Origin: Paramicrosporidium saccamoebae KSL3 | Taxonomy: Eukaryota; Fungi; Cryptomycota | NCBI GenBank assembly: GCA_002794465.1 | Contig: MTSL01000065.1 | Span: 18,440-50,439 of the forward strand | Direction of reading: 5' to 3' | Length of the DNA stretch: 32,000 bases | Shown here: positions 19,521 to 27,532 of the stretch, piece by piece | Layout: each line of letters opens with the position of its first letter | Position numbering within the stretch: the stretch's first letter is position 1 | The notes under the pieces: model-generated | The model's database searches: none | What the model was told of the DNA's origin: nothing | The model's input: only the letters and a program-made list of their open reading frames with translations | Position numbers and translations under genes: made by a program

Positions 19521-20513
19521 TCACATGGAAGCATCATATGCCAACTCGAACTGTCGTAAGGACAACCGAAAAAGGACTCGAAACACGGTCACCACCTCTA
19601 ACACCCGGATGGGAATGAGATCGTTGATGGGATGTAAACAGCTCATCCCGTCAGCAAACTCCAGCATGGTTTTGATGTCCTCATCGCGGACATCGAGGAG
19701 AAGGAGAACGCGTTTCCATTCATCGGGGTGGCCAGAGTACCCACGCTGAAATTCTCTAGCCCTTGATGCTGTGTGCATCACAACTCCCCACCTTGTCAGT
19801 CTCTCCTCGACGGTAAGGTAGCCTTTGCTGAACGTTTTGATGCGTTGGCAAACAGCGCCGATTTCGTGAGAAAGCCAAGAGGCGTCCCACCTCCAGCGCT
19901 CACCTGGCATGCGTGTCTTGGGAGCATAGTGCCACCCCAATAGGCCATCATTAATAAAGTATTCCCTTGGGCCGTCGAAATCTTCATAGTTCATCTCTGT
20001 ACGCACATCCCATGCAATACGGGTTTCATCGGGCGAAACTTTGATGCCGGCCATCTCGGCAACTTTACCTGCAAATATCTCTGGAATCTCTTTCGTGGTA
20101 AACGGAGAATCCGGTAACTTGCCGCATCGAAACATCCCGAAGCCGCCACCGGGTACATAGTACAATAGAGCGAACATCCCATCTTCCATCCTAAGCACTG
20201 GTTGGGGCATGCAGCCCTCGAATTTTTGTACAAGCATCTTCATACGTTTGGGCGAATCCTCAATATCTCCACAGTTCTTGTCAAGAATCATACTTTCTAA
20301 ATGTTTCAAGGCGCCAGCCTCTTCCTCCGGATTGCTGAACGAAAATGCAATGCAGGATTCTTTCTCAAAGTCATCTTCTATTGTTTGCATGTTCGTGGTA
20401 CCACAATCAACTAAAGCTTCATCATCCTTTTTCATTACTCTGCCAGTTTTCCGTCGGTTTGACTGCGCGGCATTCTTGACATTCGCTTTAACCAATTCTG
20501 CCGTGCGTTTCAT
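19521..20513 (-). CDS. Family A copy 3, intronless (330 aa from first ATG, 304 aa from the conserved MKKD start at 20435)
   Basis: Single ORF; reads PVLRMEDGMF with no intron at the site where the other three copies have one. Confidence 0.9.
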   Translation of the reverse strand: MKRTAELVKANVKNAAQSNRRKTGRVMKKDDEALVDCGTTNMQTIEDDFEKESCIAFSFSNPEEEAGALKHLESMILDKNCGDIEDSPKRMKMLVQKFEGCMPQPVLRMEDGMFALLYYVPGGGFGMFRCGKLPDSPFTTKEIPEIFAGKVAEMAGIKVSPDETRIAWDVRTEMNYEDFDGPREYFINDGLLGWHYAPKTRMPGERWRWDASWLSHEIGAVCQRIKTFSKGYLTVEERLTRWGVVMHTASRAREFQRGYSGHPDEWKRVLLLLDVRDEDIKTMLEFADGMSCLHPINDLIPIRVLEVVTVFRVLFRLSLRQFELAYDASM

Positions 20514-20805
20514 GCTTGTCCAATTGGGTTATCGATGCTCGCTATCGCGTCCAACAGGCCTACTGCCTAGGAGCCAATCAAGGGACTATGCGAACCAATA
20601 GCAAAGCTTGGATACCCATCATAGTAAACTTGAATACTGAAGTGTATGTTGTATTAGATCGAGAGCCACTTGCTATAATGTCATAAAAGCTGTAAAAGTG
20701 CATAAACATGAGTAAGTATATTTACGGGCGAGGGATTCTAGTCAGGGGCCTTTATTACAGGCCCCATTTTATTTTATTATATACAAGCTATTCGTTCTTT
20801 TTCAG

Positions 20806-21381
20806 TCATTGGGGAACCTCTTTAACCATGTGCAAATATGGGGAAGCATCCCATTTTAAGAGGTGCCTTCCAAGCTCCTTGCACTCATCAGGAATCGCCG
20901 AGAGATCAATGTCTCCTTCGGGTATTATATCAGGATCCGGGTGTGCTAAGCCGTTCCGACATCTCCGAAGTTGAGCAGCAATACTGTCAAACCTTGATAT
21001 GTCCTGAGTCTTAAGAACCTCGAGAAGCAAATTTGGAATCTTTTGCCTTGCCATGTCCAAGATGTGCAGCTTCTCAGTCACCAAGAGCAGGACATTAATG
21101 GCATCGCCCGGTGGCGATGCAGTCTTAGTAACAATCACGCCATGCTGAAGGCCTATGGTGCTGATGTCGTCGGCGGGTGAGATGTCTTGGGGTGCTTTAT
21201 CGGGTATCATGACACATGCCAGCCCAATACTGCGGTTAGACATGAGATCCGCTAGTGCGCTCCAAATGCTCTGAGCTCGGAATAACGGGCGTCCTGGGTC
21301 TTTGCGGCCAAATGACTTTACCCAGACTCGGGGTTGTCGGCTAGCGCGCGTGCAGTGTTTCCTTCTAGTGAATCTTTGCAT
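20806..21381 (-). CDS. Family B copy 3, the only intact copy (191 aa): putative Ubl/Crinkler-like header plus helical linker plus HEPN-like RNase motif
   Basis: Uninterrupted ORF; N-terminal PRVWVK...ISPADDISTI...VIV; C-terminal helical region with QLRRCRNGLAHP (R-N-x3-H). Domain names are inference. Confidence 0.75.
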   Translation of the reverse strand: MQRFTRRKHCTRASRQPRVWVKSFGRKDPGRPLFRAQSIWSALADLMSNRSIGLACVMIPDKAPQDISPADDISTIGLQHGVIVTKTASPPGDAINVLLLVTEKLHILDMARQKIPNLLLEVLKTQDISRFDSIAAQLRRCRNGLAHPDPDIIPEGDIDLSAIPDECKELGRHLLKWDASPYLHMVKEVPQ

Positions 21382-21606
21382 CTCGCACGGGGTTGTTTAC
21401 TGACTGCATCTTGTACTTGCGTTACGTTTCCTAATTTGGGCATATGAGATTATATGTCATGGGAGGAACACTTGTATGGATTTTACAGGCTGTAGGATTA
21501 CAATTTCGCTAGTTATCTAGCATTACTATGAAAACTCTTTAAGTACAATGTACAAAACAATATCCACTGCATATTGCCTTTGGTACTACAAATGGCTTAG
21601 GACAAC

Positions 21607-22560
21607 TCATGCAGTGATAGTATACGCCATTTCAAATTGCTGTAGCGACAGCCGGAAAAGAATTCGGAACACGGTCACTACCTCTAAAACTCGTATGGGA
21701 ATGAGATCGTCAATGGGATGTAAAAGATGCATCCCGCTGGTAAACTCTAACATGGTCTGAATGTCCTCCTCGCGGACATCGAGGACAAGAAGAACACGCT
21801 TCCATTCATCAGGACGGTTTGAGTAATCATCTTGGAATTCTTTGATTTCGGATGCAATGTGCATAACAAGCCCCCAGCGTGTAAGCCTCTCCTCCACCGT
21901 CAAATACCCCTCTCTATACATCTTTAAACGTTGGAACACTGCGCTAATCTCATGCGAGACTTGCGATCGGTGCATCCTCCATCGTTCACCAGGGATGCGT
22001 GACTTTGGTTCATAGTCCCAACCAAGAAGGCCGTTGTTCAGAAAAAACTCCCGTGGCTCTGAATAGTCTTCCACGTGATTATCAACGTTGATATCCCATG
22101 TTATACATCCGTCGCCAGGGGAGACTTGAATACCGGTAATCCGACCAATCTCCTTGGAAAATATGTCCGGCATTTCGTTTTTTCTAAAGGATTCCTCTGG
22201 CAATTTTCCACATCTGATAGCTCCCACTCCAAGATCGGGAATATAATAAAAGACACTTAGCATCCCATCTTTTACTCTACATTATGTGAGATACGCCCAA
22301 AACAAATACCTCGCCACCGGCTCGCTGGAGTAAGCGTTGAATCTTTGGACAAGTGTTTCCATGCGCGCAAGTAGATTCTCGTTATCTGCATCACTGGTTC
22401 CGACAAGCATTTCCTCGAGATGCCTGAGAGCACCTTTCTCCTCTTTAGAATGGTCAAATTCAAAATCAAACATGAGCCTATTCTCCCTGCGGAATTCACT
22501 CTTTACCCTTTCTCGGGCTGAAATCCCAGGATCTGGTACAATGTCAAAATCTTTCTTCAT
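21607..22560 (-). CDS. Family A copy 4 (306 aa); exons 22560-22310 and 22276-21607
   Basis: 33-nt intron 22277-22309, containing an in-frame TAA, at the same position; spliced junction reads PVAR|VKDGML. Confidence 0.85.
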
Positions 22561-22862
22561 TATGTGACACCCGTCTTTGTATCGGATTAGACTGTTTGTA
22601 ATGGGAGCCTTATCGACCTCTGCAGTGTTTCATACTGACCCAACCAACGTGTGGCCATGCACCCACAGCGCCTATTTATTGATAAATGTGCCTTGAACTA
22701 CTAAGACTAAAGGGGCCAATCATGGAACGCCGATGACGTGACATTGGACTTGTTTGCAATATGGCCTAGAAGGCTCTTCCCGGCCCAACGGTCCAAAATT
22801 CAGGTATAAATTTTCCCCGGTTCATAGGATCCCTGTCAGCATGCATCAACCATTACACTGCA

Positions 22863-23819
22863 TTAGAATGAAAATAATTTAATGCTCAACTCTGGCTCCA
22901 TTGAAGCGGTGGCAATGAGTCGTCGGGAGGGATGCGCAGCGACAGCAATGACGGGATTTTCGTAAATCTTTTCATCTAGAACAATGGTACGCGAATTGAG
23001 ATTCCATATGAGTATCCTTCCGTCTTCGGAGCCAGAAATGACATGCATGTCACCGCCACTGCGTTCATCGTCCGTCCGAATGGATACGAAATTGGGCGGA
23101 ATACAGTACTTTCGGTTCACATGACCGCTATATGACTTGACGCATTTGCCCGTCTGTAATGACCACAGCCGGATAGTGTCATCAAGGGTTGCAGCAAGTA
23201 GATATTTTCCATTGAGGGAAAAGACGACGCCCGAGACGGACGGATTATCATCGTCCACAATTGTCTTCAAACAGCGACCTGTGGCTGTATCCCAAACCCG
23301 GATCAAGCCGTCGTAGCTGGAGGAGACAAAGAGGGAGCCGTCGGGACCAAAGGACACTCCCGTGACGGGATCTGAATGAGCAGGAATGGCTCGAAGACAA
23401 CGGCCGTCCCGTCCGTCCCATATCCGCACACTTTCGTCAAAACCTGCAGAGGCCACCATCCCTGTTGGTCCCCAGGCCACCGCCATCACATAGTTACAAT
23501 GACCAGAAAGGGTGCGCAGAGACTCGCCTGCTGACGACCACAGCCGAACATCCGTGTCATCTGAACAAGTGGCCAAATGGCTGCTTGGGGACCAGGCGAG
23601 GTCGGAAAGTCCGCGGGTATGGCCTTTCAGGACGGCAGTGCAGTCCAAGGTGGACACATTCCAAACTCGCGCCGTCATGTCTGCCGCTACACATTACATC
23701 CTGCAGCATCCCTTACATGCGCTGGCAAGGTGCAGGCCATCTGGAGAGAATTTGAGCGAGGAGATGCTGCGTTCATGGCCATTCAGTGTCCCAACCAACG
23801 TCAGCTTTAACTTGCTCAT
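22863..23819 (-). CDS. WDR5/Swd3-like WD40 protein, divergent paralog (308 aa); exons 23819-23717 and 23686-22863
   Basis: GHERSISSLKFSPDG..LASAS, IPAHSDPVTGVSF, SSSYDGLIRVWD, SGVVFSLNGKYLLAATLDDTIRLW, VISGSEDG. 30-nt intron 23687-23716. Confidence 0.85.
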
Positions 23820-23907
23820 CCAATTTTCCTTAACACTGCGGAGCTAAAACGAAAAAATTTATTAACGGAAAAACTTGACCTGATCCAAATCCAAATCCGG
23901 ATATTAG

Positions 23908-24925
23908 CTAAAAATCAGAGACCCAAATGCGGATCGTGTTGTCACCCGCAACCGCGCCGGATGCAATCATATTCTCCTTGGGATGGCACGCAATAGCAAG
24001 GACGACGTCAGTGTGGCCTTCCAGCACCTGCACCGTCTCCCGTGTCTGCAGATTCCATAAATATACTTTGTGATCCTCTGACCCGCTAACAATCCACTTT
24101 CCGCCCGTGACGGAAAAGGAGGCAAAGCAACAAAAGGTCTCGTTGCGATGACCTGCGTAGCTCTTGAGCACTCTTTCGCCAGAAAAGCTCCACAGCCGAA
24201 TTGTGTGATCCCAAGTGCTGGCCAGGATGTATTTGCCGTTGGGGGAAAACTTTGCAAATCCCACCGGTGGCCGTTCCGGTGTGGCAAGGGTTTTAATGCA
24301 GTGGCCGGTAGACAGGTCCCAAATGCGGATGGTGCCGTCCCAACTGCCTGAAACTAACTTTGTGCCGTCGCGGTCAAAGTGCACCGACGTCACCGGCTCA
24401 GTGTGTCCTGTAAGCGTCAATAGACATTTTCCACGCTTCACATCCCAAATCTTAATGGTCGTGTCATATGACCCCGACGCCACCAAGGTGCTTTGCGGGT
24501 TAAAGTTGACACAAAACACATAGTGCAGATGACCCAGCATGACTTTGCTCTTGGTCCGGGTGGCCACATTCCAGATAGCCACGCTAGTGTCGTCAGAGGC
24601 TGAGACGATGTATTTGCTGTCTTTGCTCCACGAAATATCGGAAATGCCAGCCTGATGGCCGGTGAATGTGTGGGCATTTGTTCCAGTGCGAGGATCCCAT
24701 ATCCTGATCGTTGCATCATTGGCTAACACATTAGTAACAGCTCCAAAATGTACAGGCTGAGGCAAGCCATCGGCCATCCGGCGAGAACTTGACTGACGAC
24801 AGTGCGTCGGTGTGTCCCGAAAGAATGTTTCGGCAGGTGTAGTTGGACTTTGGCGTCGCTTCAGGCGTCTCGAGTGGGTCACGGACGGCTGCGTCGGCGG
24901 GGCGGGCTGCCACTGTGCTTGTCAT
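23908..24925 (-). CDS. WDR5: WDR5 (COMPASS/Set1C subunit Swd3) (328 aa); exons 24925-24754 and 24722-23908
   Basis: [22 protein letters not shown] and [28 protein letters not shown]...GHTDVV...[10 protein letters not shown] are near-canonical WDR5. 31-nt intron 24723-24753 with a TACTAAT branch point. Confidence 0.9.
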
Positions 24926-25136
24926 GGGTTGGCGGAGAGTTGCTTGTGTTACTGGCACTATGTACTGCCGCGCTGACCCCGGCTACACCCCCGGTCAGGT
25001 GGTATTGACCAAACAATGCTATAATACATACAACTTTTATGCTGCATCAGTCATTGTCACGGAACTAAAAACCAAGTAGTGGGGCTGTGCGGGTACCGAA
25101 ATACCTTTAATCCTATAAAATGCTTTGTTATCTTTA

Positions 25137-26314
25137 ATGGATCGGCTTGAGCACCTTTTTGGCAAGGTCCGCATCCATGCCATTTCTCATTGTGTAGAAC
25201 TCTGGCTCCTTGACGGCTCCCGTCTTTTTCCAAACCGCCAAGGCCCACTGCTTTAACAACGTTGCCCGCTCCCTTGTGGTGGACTGCGCTCTGCAGACTT
25301 CCCCTCACCATGTCCTTGGCTTGCTGGCTGCACATTTGTATGCCCTGCCTCGTACTCCTCTCACTCCTCTGCGCTTCTTGCAGTGTTCCGGGTCGGCAAG
25401 AGAGACGGTTCTGGTTTTGGTGGGATGCGAGACGCTGTTGCGAGAGGATGCAATGGTCTTGTGGGCGATTCTTCACATGAAAGAAGTGGTTCAGACGGAT
25501 GTGCCGCTCCGAGTGCTGCTGGTGACAGAGCGTCCATGGAACGAATTTGTCGCCGTCTTTGGTGGAATCACTCCGATTATTGTCCGCGAAAAGAGAACCA
25601 AACAGAATCTCGTCTCTTCAGCAGCCACAATCAACTGTCCTGAGGACATGGATGAGAAAGTGTACCATGGATTGGTGCAAAATGTCTACTCTATTGCCAA
25701 AGACCAAATCAGCACATCTGAATTACTCGCCGCCTACGTGTCTCGAATGCTGCCCGTCTTCCGAGAAGTGTCTGACCGTCGAAACAGTACCATCTATGAT
25801 TGTTGGTCCAATCTGTGTAGTTCCGTTAAACAGTCATGCGCGTCTGTACCAGGCCGCCTTGAAGCCCGTCACTAGTTTGGTTAATGGAGAGTCTTTGCGT
25901 ACCCTGTACACTGCACATCTCTCCACCCTCACTCAGACTGAAAAATTCCTCTTGCTAGCAGCCTATATTTCTGCAAATAACCCGGCCAAGTATGATGTAA
26001 AGATCTTTGGGAGCGCTGGGAAAAAGGCCCGTGTACGCAAAACCCAAAAGATGGAACGGGTCCGATACCCATTGCCAAAGTTGTTTCCCTTGGATCGGTT
26101 GCTGGCCATCTTTTACTTTATCAGCGCTCAGCCAGTGCCAATGTCTACAGCGCAAGCCGCAGTGACAAGGCTGGTGGAAATCCAGTTGTTGCATCGGGTC
26201 ACTGGGCTGGTGAAATTGGATGCACCCAAGTATCGATGTGCCATTTCTCTTGATGTAGCCACAATGGTGTCCCGCGACCTAACATTTGATCTGCAAAAGT
26301 ATCTATTAGTGTAA
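25137..26314 (+). CDS. ORC5: Origin recognition complex subunit 5 (370 aa); exons 25137-25166, 25198-25786, 25821-26314
   Basis: C-terminal KFLLLAAYISANNPAKYD...PKLFPLDRLLAIF is the ORC5 signature. Introns 25167-25197 (31 nt) and 25787-25820 (34 nt) join two listed ORFs. Confidence 0.85.
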
Positions 26315-26550
26315 TATACGATCATTTTGGTCTTGTTCAGGGTTCACGAGACTTTACTTGAGAAATATTGTAAAGTTAGTGAAAAGAGTCTTTATTCTTG
26401 CGAGGTTAGTAAAATGAGCCTCTATTGGAATCCCTGTTTCGTAGTTATGCCACCTCACTTACACACGTACACATATGGTATATGCATGTATATAATGGAT
26501 CAGGGAGGCTAATAAAGAAACGTTTATTTGTAACAACATAACATTAGTCC

Positions 26551-27408
26551 ATGGACGTTTTTTGGCTTTTGGGATTTTCAGTGGGGGTCGTTGTAGCGAC
26601 TGCTTTGTTGGGCGTCTCCGTGTACAAACGCATCTTGGTGCCGATACTGGCGAGGAGACTGCCCCGTAAGCCGAGACCAGAAAGAGTAATCAATAGAGTG
26701 AAATTGACCATATAGTTGCCAAAATCAGTGGTGGAGCGCATCCTAAAACTGGACCGAGAGAGGAAATGGTCTTCCCCGCCTGAAACGGCCAACTGGCTCA
26801 ACTTTTTGACGTTATGGCTGTTTGAGACAATACACGACACTCCCGCCTTTGCGCTATCGCTATCTCAGAGTCTCTCCGAGTCCTTGGTCGATCTCCGAAG
26901 GAAGCCGATGGGGTGCATCCTGAAGGAGGCTGTTGTGGAGGATTGTGCAGCCGGAACACTGCCCATTCTGAGTGACATCCGAGTGGTTGCAACGGGACGA
27001 GACGACACTCCGCTGACCGTGGCTGCCCGTGTGCATTGGACAGAGGGTGTCAGCGCAATAGCCCGGATGGAGAGCATATTTGGTCAGGTGTGGTTCTTGG
27101 GGGCAATCACTCGATTGACTGGCACTATGTATGTAGTGGTGCATAATAAGCAATACCATGTTGGATTTAAGAGATTAGATGTGGCCATGGAGGGACGTGT
27201 GATGCTGGGCAATCAGGAATGGCGATGGCTGAATTGGCTCGTGGCCAAAGTGTGGATGCCATGGCGTCTGCGTCAAAAGTATCGGATGCCAAATATGCAG
27301 AGCCGATGGATGATTGATCGGCCACCCTGTCCACCATATCCGTGGGATCCAGCTGTACAAAAAGACAATGAATTGCTATACCGAGAAGTGGATGATAAAA
27401 GTATGTAG
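26551..27408 (+). CDS. Membrane-anchored SMP-domain lipid-transfer protein, PDZD8/Mmm1-like (275 aa); exons 26551-26685 and 26716-27408
   Basis: N-terminal TM helix; ETANWLNFLTLWLFETIHDT; D...G.LPILSDIRVV; IFGQ..FL..ITRLTG; KYRMPNMQSRW. 30-nt intron 26686-26715. Confidence 0.75.
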
Positions 27409-27532
27409 ATATCAATGTACATGAGTAAGTAGAATGGGAGTAGTCGAGTGAGAATGACAAAAGAATATGCAACTCGAGCTACATTACACTATATCCACAC
27501 CACCTAACACATCACATGTACTATACAAAAGT

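Noticed and set aside
20745-20775. Bacterial-type intrinsic terminator (GGGGCCT-7nt-AGGCCCC followed by T-rich sequence)
   Set aside because: It faces the plus strand where no gene ends, is a single 7-bp stem, and is not repeated in the other module copies.
16374-22309. A1, A2 and A4 as split or nonsense pseudogenes (two ORFs each in the track)
   Set aside because: Each break is removed exactly by a 31-33-nt GT-AG intron at the same codon, giving a product colinear with intronless A3.
14870-22860. Transposon or integrated virus explanation for the A-B array
   Set aside because: No TIRs, LTRs, TSDs, DDE/RT/integrase or capsid motifs seen, and the A genes have host-type tiny introns. It cannot be fully excluded without a profile search.
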